From an uncultured SAR86 cluster bacterium (GTDB lineage: Bacteria; Pseudomonadota; Gammaproteobacteria; Magnimaribacterales; D2472): a stretch of DNA of 64,000 bases. The stretch covers positions 35,655 through 99,654 of the forward strand of contig CABXXT010000001.1 in assembly GCA_902516285.1 (NCBI GenBank), in the 5' to 3' direction. The notes beneath the pieces were generated by a model. It was not told where the DNA came from. It did no database searches and saw nothing but the letters and a program-made list of their open reading frames with translations. Below, piece by piece: positions 49,313 to 58,790 of this stretch (its first letter is position 1; each line of letters opens with the position of its first letter). The position numbers and the translations under genes are program-made.

Positions 49313-51231
49313 TCTTTAATTCATTATTAATAGCAAACAGAGGTGAAATTGCCTGTAGAATTATTAAAACTGCAAAAGAAATGGGTATAAGATCTATTGC
49401 TGTATATGTTGATGCAGACAGAGATGCCCTTTTTGTTAATCAGGCTGATGAATCAATTAGATTAGAGGATGGAGGATATCTTGATGGAAATCAGATAATA
49501 ATGGCTGCAAAGATGTCTGGCGCACAAGCCATTCATCCAGGTTATGGATTTTTATCAGAAAATGCTTCTTTTGCGAGGAAGGTAAAGAAAGAAAAAATAA
49601 TATGGGTTGGTCCATCTCCAAATGTTATTTCTGTAATGGGAGATAAATTAAAAGCAAAAGAGTTAGCAATTCAAGCAGATGTCCCTACTCTTCCTATGAC
49701 ATCTAAGCCAAATGAAGCTAAACAAATAGGCTATCCACTTCTCATTAAGGCTGCTGCTGGTGGTGGTGGAAAAGGAATGAGAATTGTTAATAAGGAAAGG
49801 GATCTTAAGGAGTCCATTCAAAGCGCTCAAAGAGAAGCTAAAACTGGATTTAATGATGAGAGAATTTTTATCGAGAGATACGTAGAAAAATCAAGACACG
49901 TAGAAATTCAAATATTAGGAGACTCATTAGGAAATATAATTCATTTAGGAGAAAGAGAATGCTCAATTCAACGGAGACATCAAAAAATAATAGAGGAATC
50001 TCCATCTCCAAGAATTTCTGAAGAAGTAAGAGATAAAATGGGTAAAGCAGCAGTAAAGCTTGCTAAAAAAATTAAATATGAATCAGCTGGCACTGTAGAA
50101 TTTCTGTTTGATGATCAGACAGAGGAATTTTGGTTTTTAGAAGTCAACACAAGGCTTCAAGTTGAACATCCTGTTACTGAGGAAGTTACAGGGATAGACC
50201 TTGTTAATGAACAACTTAAGATAGCTAGAGGTGAACCTCTTGAGTATTCTCAAGAAGACGTTGAGTGGCATGGTTCATCAATTGAAGCAAGATTATATGC
50301 AGAGGATCCTGATAATGATTTCCTTCCCGAGATTGGAACTCTCATTGCATTTGAAAAAAATGTCTCTGCTGAAGCTAGATGGGATACTGGAGTTAAAACT
50401 GGTACAGTCGTTGGGACTGATTTTGATCCAATGCTTGCAAAAGTAATTTCATATGCTCCAAATAGAACCGATGCAGCAAGTAAATTAGCTAAAGCGCTCC
50501 AATCTGCTCATATTGGAGGCGTGAAAACCAACAGAGACTTTCTAATTAATTGTCTCCAGTCGAAAGAGTTCATTGATGGAGATACTACATCAGACTTTAT
50601 TGAAAAAGTGAATCCAAGTAGAAAGCTTGAAATTAATGAGTCACAAATAGAACATGTAACAGCTATTGCAGCTATGTGGATTCAAGAACAAAATAGAAAC
50701 AATTCTAATGTTGCTAACTTTATGCCATCTGGCTGGACTAATGGCAGGCTTCCAAATCAAAAGATTGCTTATGAATTTGATAATAAAGAATTTATTGTTG
50801 AATATAAAAAAGATAGAGACGGGAAATTTATTTTTGCTTCAAGCAAAGATGCATTTATATATGCTTGCGATAAAGTTGGAATAGATATGATTTTTGAAGG
50901 TAAAAGAAATTATTCCCGAGTTACAGCTACAGAAGATAAGATTTTAGTTCATATGCCTTTTGGTGATGTAATGCTCGGGTTGAAACCAAGATTTAAAATC
51001 CCTGGTATAGAAACTACTATTGGTGGTCTTACTGCACCAATGCCAGGAAAAGTTATTGATCTTAAAGTAAAAAAAGGAAAAAATGTCAAAGCTGGAGATA
51101 CCTTAGTTATTTTAGAAGCAATGAAAATGGAACATTCTATAAAAGCATCTGAAGACGGCAAAGTAACGGAATTGTATATTTCAATTAATGATCAGGTAGA
51201 AAATGGCGCTTTATTAATGGTCGTTAAGTAA
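49309..51231 (+). CDS. acyl-CoA carboxylase biotin-carboxylase + BCCP (alpha) subunit (AtuF/LiuD-like)
   Basis: 640 aa. ATP-grasp biotin carboxylase (GGGGKGMRIV, ECSIQRRHQK) and a C-terminal biotinyl domain with the EAMKME motif. Confidence 0.92.
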   Translation: MIFNSLLIANRGEIACRIIKTAKEMGIRSIAVYVDADRDALFVNQADESIRLEDGGYLDGNQIIMAAKMSGAQAIHPGYGFLSENASFARKVKKEKIIWVGPSPNVISVMGDKLKAKELAIQADVPTLPMTSKPNEAKQIGYPLLIKAAAGGGGKGMRIVNKERDLKESIQSAQREAKTGFNDERIFIERYVEKSRHVEIQILGDSLGNIIHLGERECSIQRRHQKIIEESPSPRISEEVRDKMGKAAVKLAKKIKYESAGTVEFLFDDQTEEFWFLEVNTRLQVEHPVTEEVTGIDLVNEQLKIARGEPLEYSQEDVEWHGSSIEARLYAEDPDNDFLPEIGTLIAFEKNVSAEARWDTGVKTGTVVGTDFDPMLAKVISYAPNRTDAASKLAKALQSAHIGGVKTNRDFLINCLQSKEFIDGDTTSDFIEKVNPSRKLEINESQIEHVTAIAAMWIQEQNRNNSNVANFMPSGWTNGRLPNQKIAYEFDNKEFIVEYKKDRDGKFIFASSKDAFIYACDKVGIDMIFEGKRNYSRVTATEDKILVHMPFGDVMLGLKPRFKIPGIETTIGGLTAPMPGKVIDLKVKKGKNVKAGDTLVILEAMKMEHSIKASEDGKVTELYISINDQVENGALLMVVK

Positions 51232-51238
51232 TTTTTGA

Positions 51239-51859
51239 ATGCATAATATCGAATATAAAATAAATACTTTCGAAAATAAAAATCCAAAATTATTTACAAA
51301 AAGGCATCATGAAATTGCAGAAGCTCTTGAAAGGCTTTTAGAAAAGGGTGTGCCAGAACTTACAATGTCTCAGATTGCAAAGAAACTAAAAATTTCTTTA
51401 AGAACTTTATACGAAATAGCGCCAAGTAGAGACAAGCTAATATTAATGACAATGGATAATATCCTTAAAAAATTGGGCAAATTTGCTATGGATTCCGTAT
51501 CTGATATTGATTCACCAATAAAAAAATTAGAAAAATATCTTTTCATAGTTAATCAAGCCGTTGGTCCAAAATTTGATACATTTTTAAAAGATATGGAAAA
51601 AATTAATGGATCAAAGAAAATGGCAGACTATCATGAAAATTTCATTAAAAATATCATTAAAAGGCTACTTCTAGAAGCTATCCAAAAGAATGAAATAAAA
51701 AAAATTGATGTTAAAGCTTTTTCTATTCTTTTAGGAGGTATTGGAAGGGAATTTTTTAAAGAGAAGAATAAGAATTCAATTGACTTAACACCAGAAAAAT
51801 CTGCTAATTCAATAACAAGCATTATTTTAAATGGTATCAAACTGCAAACTTATGAATAA
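51239..51859 (+). CDS. TetR-family transcriptional regulator
   Basis: 206 aa. N-terminal HTH (LTMSQIAKKLKISLRTLYEIAPSRDKL). Embedded co-directionally in the operon. Confidence 0.85.
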   Translation: MHNIEYKINTFENKNPKLFTKRHHEIAEALERLLEKGVPELTMSQIAKKLKISLRTLYEIAPSRDKLILMTMDNILKKLGKFAMDSVSDIDSPIKKLEKYLFIVNQAVGPKFDTFLKDMEKINGSKKMADYHENFIKNIIKRLLLEAIQKNEIKKIDVKAFSILLGGIGREFFKEKNKNSIDLTPEKSANSITSIILNGIKLQTYE

Positions 51860-53624
51860 AGAATTTATAAAAATTGCAAACTGTAGTGGGTTTTATGGTG
51901 ATAAGTTATCGGCCGCAAAAGATCTTGTTGAGGGTGGTCCTATTGACGTTTTAACTGGAGATTACCTCGCAGAATTGACAATGGCGATTCTTTTTAGTCA
52001 AAAAATGCAAAGAGGTGAGGATAAAGGATATGTTGGTACCTTCTTAAAACAAATTAATGACATAGCAAAGTCCTGTAAAGAAAAAAATATTAAAATTGTA
52101 AGTAATGCTGGTGGCTTAAATCCAAAATCAATGGCTGATGAAATTGAAAAAATTTTAAGGGATCAGTCGGTAGATATGAAGGTAGCTTATATTGATGGTG
52201 ATGATTTAATGTCAAGAATCCCTGATCTGACTGAATCTGGTGAAACATTTAAAAATATTGATAAGAATGTGAAACTTGATGATTGTGGTCATTCGCCATT
52301 GACGGCTAATGCTTATCTTGGGGCATGGGGTATAAAAGAAGCATTAGATAATGGCGCTGATATTGTTGTATGCCCAAGGGTCACTGACGCTGCAGTAGTG
52401 ATTGGCCCAGCTGCATGGAAATTTAATTGGGCCAGAGACAATTACGATGCATTGGCAGGTGCTTTAGCTGCTGGTCATATTATTGAATGTGGGTGTCAAG
52501 CCACAGGTGGAAATTATGCTTTCTTCAAAGAGGTTAAAAGCTTTGATAATGTTGGCTATCCAATTACTGAAATTTATGAAGATGGAAGTTTTTACATCAC
52601 AAAACATCAAAATACCGGAGGTCTTGTATCTAAAGGGACAGTTACTGCTCAGCTTTTGTACGAAATAAGTTCTCCTGCATATGTAAATCCAGATGTAATA
52701 GCTCATTTCGATACTTTAAAAATTGAAGAAATTGAAGAGGATAAAGTATTTGTGTCAGGCTGCAGAGGTAGCTCTCCACCAAAAAAACACAAAGTCTGTA
52801 TTAATCTTGCAAGTGGTTTCAGAAATGGAATGGAAGTTATTCTGACAGGTTTAGATATTGAAGATAAGGCTAAAGTATTTACTGATGCATTGTTTAATTC
52901 AGTAGGAGGAAAAGATCATTTTGATGAAGTTTCAATTCAATTACATAGAACAGACAAAGAAAATCCATTAACCAATGAAGAAGCAATGGCTTCACTTTTA
53001 ATTTCAGTAAAATCTAAAGATCAAAATTTAGTTGGAAGACTGTTCAGTGCAAAAATAATTGAATTGGCTCTAGCTAACATCCCTGGTTTCTTTGCACAGG
53101 GTGGTGTTAAATCTAGTGGTCCAGTTGTCCTTTATTGGCCTGCTCTTGTAGATAGTAAGTATATTAAAGAAAAGGTGCATATTGATGGGAAAGAGATAGA
53201 GGTTTTACCAACAAGCCAATTAGAATTAGATGAAATTTATTATCAGAAAGACCCAGTTAAAGTTAAAAAAATTAAGATAGAAGACGAAAGAGATATATAT
53301 TTTGGTGATATATATGGAACAAGGTCTGGTGATAAAGGTGGTTGTGCAAATCTTGGAATTTGGGCGAAAAACTCTAATGCATTTGGGTTTCTTCATAATT
53401 TTTTAACAGTAGAAAAACTTAAAGAACTTCTACCAGACTTGAAAGACTTCAAAATCGAAAGGTATGAACTATCAAACATAAATTCATTAAATTTTTATAT
53501 ACACGACATACTGCAAGATGGTGTATCCTCTAATGACAGAAAAGATGCTCAGGCAAAATCTTTAGGTGAGTATCTAAGGGCAAAAAAAATTAAAGTTCCA
53601 CAAAGTATTATTGGAGAATTGTAA
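51852..53624 (+). CDS. atuA: AtuA-family (DUF1446) acyclic-terpene-utilisation protein
   Basis: Start placed at MNKEFIKIANCSGFYGD (ATG 51852, 8-nt overlap with the TetR stop). About 590 aa. N-terminal CSGFYGDK...GGPIDVLTGDYLAELTM pattern matches DUF1446/AtuA as I recall it. Confidence 0.75.
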   Translation: MNKEFIKIANCSGFYGDKLSAAKDLVEGGPIDVLTGDYLAELTMAILFSQKMQRGEDKGYVGTFLKQINDIAKSCKEKNIKIVSNAGGLNPKSMADEIEKILRDQSVDMKVAYIDGDDLMSRIPDLTESGETFKNIDKNVKLDDCGHSPLTANAYLGAWGIKEALDNGADIVVCPRVTDAAVVIGPAAWKFNWARDNYDALAGALAAGHIIECGCQATGGNYAFFKEVKSFDNVGYPITEIYEDGSFYITKHQNTGGLVSKGTVTAQLLYEISSPAYVNPDVIAHFDTLKIEEIEEDKVFVSGCRGSSPPKKHKVCINLASGFRNGMEVILTGLDIEDKAKVFTDALFNSVGGKDHFDEVSIQLHRTDKENPLTNEEAMASLLISVKSKDQNLVGRLFSAKIIELALANIPGFFAQGGVKSSGPVVLYWPALVDSKYIKEKVHIDGKEIEVLPTSQLELDEIYYQKDPVKVKKIKIEDERDIYFGDIYGTRSGDKGGCANLGIWAKNSNAFGFLHNFLTVEKLKELLPDLKDFKIERYELSNINSLNFYIHDILQDGVSSNDRKDAQAKSLGEYLRAKKIKVPQSIIGEL

Positions 53625-53627
53625 GAG

Positions 53628-54413
53628 ATGACTAAATTATCTTTAGAAGGTTTAAAATTTTCAGCAACTGAACTAGAAATTAAAAATAATATTATGAGAA
53701 TTACACTCAATAGGCCTGAGAAAAAAAATGCTTTGAACAACGTTATGATGAACGAAATTAATTATGCATTAGCATATGCAAAACAGGAAAAAACTATAAG
53801 AGTCGTGGTATTTGCAGCTAAGGGAGATATCTTTTGTGCTGGTGCAGATTTATCTAGAACTAAATCTGAATCAAACGTACCAAAGCTAGACAATGCTGAT
53901 GATATTAGTCTATCCATAAGACATTTATACAAACCAGTCATTTGTAAAATTCAAGGTCCTGTTCTTGCGGGTGCACTTTTGATTGTTTCAAATTCTACCC
54001 ATGCAATTGCTGTAAATGAAGCAACATTTTCAGCTCCCGAGATTCATAGAGGATTATGGCCCTTTATGGTAATGGCAGGTTTATTTAGAATAATGCCAAA
54101 AAGAGCAGGATTAGATTTTATAATGAGAGGTAAGCCAATTGATTCAAAAAAAGCTCAGGAATGGGGTTTGATAAATGAATCTGTAAAAAAGGAAGAACTT
54201 AACCAAAAAGTTGATAAACTTGCCGATGAACTTGCAAGTTTGGCACCTGAAACAATGCAATTTGGACTTGAAGCATATGAAAAACAGGATTCAAAAAGCT
54301 TTGATGAAGCACTTCCATATTTAAAAGAGCAAATAACTAAATGCTTTGAAGGTAAAAATGCAAAAGAAGGAATAACTGCATTTCTTGAAAAAAGAAAGCC
54401 AAATTGGGATTAG
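53628..54413 (+). CDS. enoyl-CoA hydratase/isomerase (crotonase; AtuE/LiuC-like)
   Basis: 261 aa. Crotonase oxyanion-hole motifs (FCAGADL; ...PEIHRGLWP...). Confidence 0.88.
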   Translation: MTKLSLEGLKFSATELEIKNNIMRITLNRPEKKNALNNVMMNEINYALAYAKQEKTIRVVVFAAKGDIFCAGADLSRTKSESNVPKLDNADDISLSIRHLYKPVICKIQGPVLAGALLIVSNSTHAIAVNEATFSAPEIHRGLWPFMVMAGLFRIMPKRAGLDFIMRGKPIDSKKAQEWGLINESVKKEELNQKVDKLADELASLAPETMQFGLEAYEKQDSKSFDEALPYLKEQITKCFEGKNAKEGITAFLEKRKPNWD

Positions 54414-54425
54414 ATTGGAGATTAT

Positions 54426-55652
54426 ATGGATTTAAATTTTGGAACAGAATACAAAGATTTTACGAATGAAGTAAAAGATTTTTGTAAAAAATATTCAGGA
54501 ATTCATTTCTCTGATTCATCTAAAGTACCTTTATCTGGATCATATAAGTCTGGTGAAATGCAAATGAAAAGATCGGAATGGCAAAAGATCTTAATAGAAA
54601 AAGGCTATTTTGCAAGATCAATTCCAAAAGAATATGGTGGTTATGGTGGCGAAAGTGACATTATAAAAAGTAGAATAATTGCCGAAGAGTTTGCGAAAGC
54701 AAAAATTCCTCCACCAATGGGTGGTCAAGGTATAGATATGCTTGTACCTACTCTCCTTGAACTAGGAACAGAAAAACAAAAAGAAAAATATGTTAAACCC
54801 ACCCTGCTTGGTGAAATTATATGGTGTCAAGGATATTCAGAACCAAATGCTGGCAGTGATCTTGCAAGTCTTCAGACTAAAGGAGAATTAATTAAAGGGA
54901 ATTGGATAATTAATGGTCAAAAAATTTGGACGAGTACTGCTCAATACTCGCAAATGATGTTTTGCTTAGTAAGAACCGAACCTGAAGCAACAAAACATGC
55001 TGGTATAAGTTATTTGTTAATTCCAATGGATACTCCTGGAATTGAAATTAGGCCATTAGTAGACATGACTCTTAATGCTGGATTCAATGAAGTATTTTTT
55101 ACAGATGTAACAATCCCAGAGGAAAACATTGTTGGAAAAAGAGGAGAAGGATGGTCGGTTGCAAATGCAACATTAAGCCATGAGAGAGGCTCGCTGTCTG
55201 ATCCTAATGCAATGATGAATAGATTAAATTCACTTATAGAAAGAATGAAGCAAGAAACTATAAATGGTGAAAAAGTAATTGATAATCCAATTTACAGGGA
55301 CAAACTAATGAAAATTCAAGGTAAGGTTATTGCATTTCAATCTAATTCACTTCGCGTTTTGTCTGCGAAACTTAATAAAAATCAAGATGTAAAAATTGCT
55401 GGAATGATTCAAAAGCTTGTTGGCACAGAACTAAGACACGAGCTTGAGGGTTTTGCAATAGATATTATGGGTGAATTGGGAACACTATATGAGAATAGTC
55501 CTAATTTGAGGGATGGTGGCTCATGGCAAGTTGCATATATGTATTTTCTTGGATTGATAATTGGTGGTGGAACCAGCCAAATACAAAAAAATATTATTTC
55601 TGAAAGAGGTCTTGGTATGCCAAAAGAGCCTAAAGTTCAACAAGGATCATAG
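54426..55652 (+). CDS. acyl-CoA dehydrogenase family protein (pair 2, putative catalytic alpha subunit)
   Basis: 408 aa. Paralogous to 38819..40012 (WCQGYSEPNAGSDLASL, NGQKIWTS). Glu in ...TLSHERGS... at the IVD/LCAD base position, and Gly at the MCAD position (...LIIGGGTSQIQ...). Confidence 0.85.
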   Translation: MDLNFGTEYKDFTNEVKDFCKKYSGIHFSDSSKVPLSGSYKSGEMQMKRSEWQKILIEKGYFARSIPKEYGGYGGESDIIKSRIIAEEFAKAKIPPPMGGQGIDMLVPTLLELGTEKQKEKYVKPTLLGEIIWCQGYSEPNAGSDLASLQTKGELIKGNWIINGQKIWTSTAQYSQMMFCLVRTEPEATKHAGISYLLIPMDTPGIEIRPLVDMTLNAGFNEVFFTDVTIPEENIVGKRGEGWSVANATLSHERGSLSDPNAMMNRLNSLIERMKQETINGEKVIDNPIYRDKLMKIQGKVIAFQSNSLRVLSAKLNKNQDVKIAGMIQKLVGTELRHELEGFAIDIMGELGTLYENSPNLRDGGSWQVAYMYFLGLIIGGGTSQIQKNIISERGLGMPKEPKVQQGS

Positions 55653-55653
55653 T

Positions 55654-56742
55654 ATGTACTTTGGTTTATCAGATGATCAGATTTTTTTTCAAGATAATGT
55701 AAAAAAGTTTCTTGAAGATAATGCTCCTTTGGATGTTATAAAAAAAATTGCTAGTAATGAAGATAAATTAAGCAAAGATGATTTACACAGAGGCATAATA
55801 AATTTAGGAATAAATAATTTGTTAGTTCCTGAAATAAATGGTGGCCTTGGGTTAAATTTGCTATTTGCGTCTGCGGTTGCACAAAGTTTGGGAGAAGGAA
55901 TAGCTACTGTACCATTTATTGGTTCTTATGTTATGGCGCCAATTTCACTCTGTTATGGTGCAAGTGACGAACAAAAAAAAGTTTATCTAGAATTAATGGC
56001 GGAAAATAAAATTAATTTTTGTGTTGGCTTCTCAGAATTCTTTGGATCAAGAGATGATTCAGAAATCACGATATCAGACAACTTAATAAATGGTAAAACT
56101 ACATTTGTAATTGATAATGACTATGCCACACATGCAATGATATCTGATAAAAATGGTCAAATTGGAGTTGTTTCTTTAGACTCATCTGGGATAAAAATTA
56201 TTGACTTATTAACAGTTGATAAGACTAGAACATTCAAAGAAATGCATTTTAAAGACACAGAAATAGATATTCTTTATGAGAGCACAAATTCAAAGGAAGC
56301 TATTCATAAAGCAATGAATGCTGGACGAATAGTCGCTGCAGCAGATTCACTGGGTGCATCGCAGGCGATGATTGATAAAGCAGTGGCGTATTCAAAAGAA
56401 AGAAAACAATTTAATAGGGTTATTGGTTCTTTTCAGGCAGTAAAACACATGTGTGCAGAAATAGTTTCTGAATTAGAGCCATGTTATTCATTAATTTGGC
56501 ATGCAGCTCATTCTTTTGATACTAATGAAAAAAGTCAGTCATTAATGGCTTGTCATGCAAAATCTCATACTTCAGATATTTCAAAGAAAGTATCTAAAAT
56601 AGCAACTGAAGTTCATGGAGGAATGGGATTTACTGATTTATTGGGCTTACACTATTGGTTCAAGAGAATTGGTTTAAATAGGCATTTGTTAGGATCTCCT
56701 GAAATTTTAAGAGAAGAAGCTGCAAAATCTCAAGGCTTATAA
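55654..56742 (+). CDS. acyl-CoA dehydrogenase family protein (pair 2, putative non-catalytic beta subunit)
   Basis: Start placed at ATG 55654 (MYFGLSDDQIFF...), 1 nt after the upstream stop. ACAD core ERKQFNRVIGSFQAVKH. No Glu at either base position by eye (...MNAGRIVAA...; ...HLLGSPEIL...). Confidence 0.8.
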   Translation: MYFGLSDDQIFFQDNVKKFLEDNAPLDVIKKIASNEDKLSKDDLHRGIINLGINNLLVPEINGGLGLNLLFASAVAQSLGEGIATVPFIGSYVMAPISLCYGASDEQKKVYLELMAENKINFCVGFSEFFGSRDDSEITISDNLINGKTTFVIDNDYATHAMISDKNGQIGVVSLDSSGIKIIDLLTVDKTRTFKEMHFKDTEIDILYESTNSKEAIHKAMNAGRIVAAADSLGASQAMIDKAVAYSKERKQFNRVIGSFQAVKHMCAEIVSELEPCYSLIWHAAHSFDTNEKSQSLMACHAKSHTSDISKKVSKIATEVHGGMGFTDLLGLHYWFKRIGLNRHLLGSPEILREEAAKSQGL

Positions 56743-56744
56743 CT

Positions 56745-58790
56745 TTGATAGTAAAAGCTAAAATTTTAATACTTTTTTTATTATGTACTTTTGTAATTGC
56801 AGAGGATTACGAGAACATTGAAGTTAGCGAAACAAAAAAGAAATTAAGCAATGAAATTTTTAAAAAGCTTGAAAAAGAACATTACATAAAAACAATTAAT
56901 AAGGAGGATTTTAATGAAAAATATGTAAAAGCAATATTTGATAGGCTGGATAAAAATAAAAATTATTTTACAAAAAATGAAGTTAGTGAATTTATTAAAG
57001 AATCCAAAAAGGATAATGAAAATATTTTTGATATTTTCCTTGCCTACGAAATCATAAATCTTTACTTTAAAAAGTTAATTGAATTTTCTGATCTTCAAAT
57101 TGCTATGATTGAACAAGATGAGTTTGATTTTAAAACTGAAGAATATTTAGACATATTTTATGAGGACAATGAATGGTTATATGACGTTTCTGAAATACAG
57201 AATCTTTGGAGGTTAGAAACTAAGAATGATCTTTTAATTGCAAAAATATCGGACTCTTCAAGCCCAGATTATAAAAAAGACCTAGTAAAAAGATATAAAA
57301 ATAGGATCAGGAGAATTACTCAACAAAAGGAAGAAGATATTTTCACATTAGCAATAAATATCTTAACAAATCAATTTGATCCTCATTCATCTTATTTATC
57401 ACCAAGATCTGCTGAGGATTTTGATGTAAATATGAGCTTAAAACTAAGTGGGATTGGAGCTCTATTAGGTGTTGAGGATGACTATACAAAAATAATAAAT
57501 TTAGTTCCTGGAGGTCCAGCTGAGAAGTCTGGAAAAATTAATCCTGAAGACAGGATATCAAAAATAAAACAAAAAAATTCTGATAAGTTTATAGATGTTG
57601 TTGGATGGAGAATTGACGAAGTAGTTGATTTAATAAGAGGAGAGGCAGGGACTGAAGTAGAGATCGAATTTATATCATTCAAAGAAGATCTAGATTCAAG
57701 AAAAATAGTAACTCTTAAGAGAGAGGAAATTAAGTTAGAAGATCGCGCAGCTAAGTCGGAAGTTATAGATTTTAATGAAAGTAAAATAGGTATTATTGAC
57801 CTACCCTCTTTTTACATCGATTTTGATGAGTATCAAAAAAGAAATAAAGATTATAGAAGTAGTAGTAAAGATATTAAAAACATACTAAATGATTTTAATG
57901 ATCTTGAAGTAGATGCAGTAATTCTTGACTTGAGGAATAATGGAGGCGGAGCATTAATTGAAGCTAATAAAATAATTGGTCTTTTTGTTTCCTCTGGTCC
58001 TACTGTGCAGGTAAAACAAAGTAAAGGCTATATCCAACCATATGGTGATACACGAGCAGTTCAAATATGGAAAAAACCAGTTTTAGTATTAGTAAACCGT
58101 TATTCTGCTTCAGCATCTGAAATTGTTGCAGGTGCAATTCAAGATTACAGAAGAGGAATTGTTGTAGGACAAAGAACTTTTGGAAAAGGAACTGTTCAGA
58201 GCCTAGAAAATCTTTCTCAGGGTCAACTAAAAATTACTGAATCAAAATATTACAGAATAAATGGAATGAGTACTCAAAATAGAGGAATTATTCCAGATAT
58301 AGAGTTACCAGTAACTTGGGATATTGATTCTGTTGGTGAAAGCTCATATCCAACTGCCCTGGAGTGGGATCAAATAAGGCCATATAGGCATAGAAAATTT
58401 GAAATGAGTCCAGATGTTATTGAAAATGTCCTTAGTCAACATGAAATAAGATTAATTGATGAACCAAACTTAAACTATTTAAAACAAGTAAGAAAAAGAT
58501 ATGATCTTAATAAAAATAAAAAGGTGGTAAGCCTTGATATTGAGGAAAGAAAAATTCAAAAAGATTTAAGAAAAAGTTGGCTATTGAATATAGAAAATCA
58601 AAGACGAAGTGCAATTGGTATGAGCGTTTTTGCAAGTTATGAGGAGATGGAAGATTATAATGACAGAGATACTGACTATAATAATAATTCGATAGATCTT
58701 GAAAGTGACTATCAGTTAATTGAATCAACTAAAATTATTGATGACTTTTTAAAATTTTCCAATAAGAAATTAATTTCGGTTGTTGAATGA
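56745..58790 (+). CDS. prc: tail-specific (C-terminal processing) protease Prc, S41 family
   Basis: 681 aa. TTG start giving a signal peptide, a PDZ region, and S41 Ser/Lys contexts (NRYSASASEI...TFGKGTVQ). Confidence 0.88.
   Translation: MIVKAKILILFLLCTFVIAEDYENIEVSETKKKLSNEIFKKLEKEHYIKTINKEDFNEKYVKAIFDRLDKNKNYFTKNEVSEFIKESKKDNENIFDIFLAYEIINLYFKKLIEFSDLQIAMIEQDEFDFKTEEYLDIFYEDNEWLYDVSEIQNLWRLETKNDLLIAKISDSSSPDYKKDLVKRYKNRIRRITQQKEEDIFTLAINILTNQFDPHSSYLSPRSAEDFDVNMSLKLSGIGALLGVEDDYTKIINLVPGGPAEKSGKINPEDRISKIKQKNSDKFIDVVGWRIDEVVDLIRGEAGTEVEIEFISFKEDLDSRKIVTLKREEIKLEDRAAKSEVIDFNESKIGIIDLPSFYIDFDEYQKRNKDYRSSSKDIKNILNDFNDLEVDAVILDLRNNGGGALIEANKIIGLFVSSGPTVQVKQSKGYIQPYGDTRAVQIWKKPVLVLVNRYSASASEIVAGAIQDYRRGIVVGQRTFGKGTVQSLENLSQGQLKITESKYYRINGMSTQNRGIIPDIELPVTWDIDSVGESSYPTALEWDQIRPYRHRKFEMSPDVIENVLSQHEIRLIDEPNLNYLKQVRKRYDLNKNKKVVSLDIEERKIQKDLRKSWLLNIENQRRSAIGMSVFASYEEMEDYNDRDTDYNNNSIDLESDYQLIESTKIIDDFLKFSNKKLISVVE

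Noticed and set aside
55561-55653. 31-codon N-terminal extension of the fourth ACAD overlapping the third
   Set aside because: An ATG at 55654 lies 1 nt after the upstream stop and gives a typical ACAD N-terminus. The extension is an out-of-frame read-through of the upstream gene.
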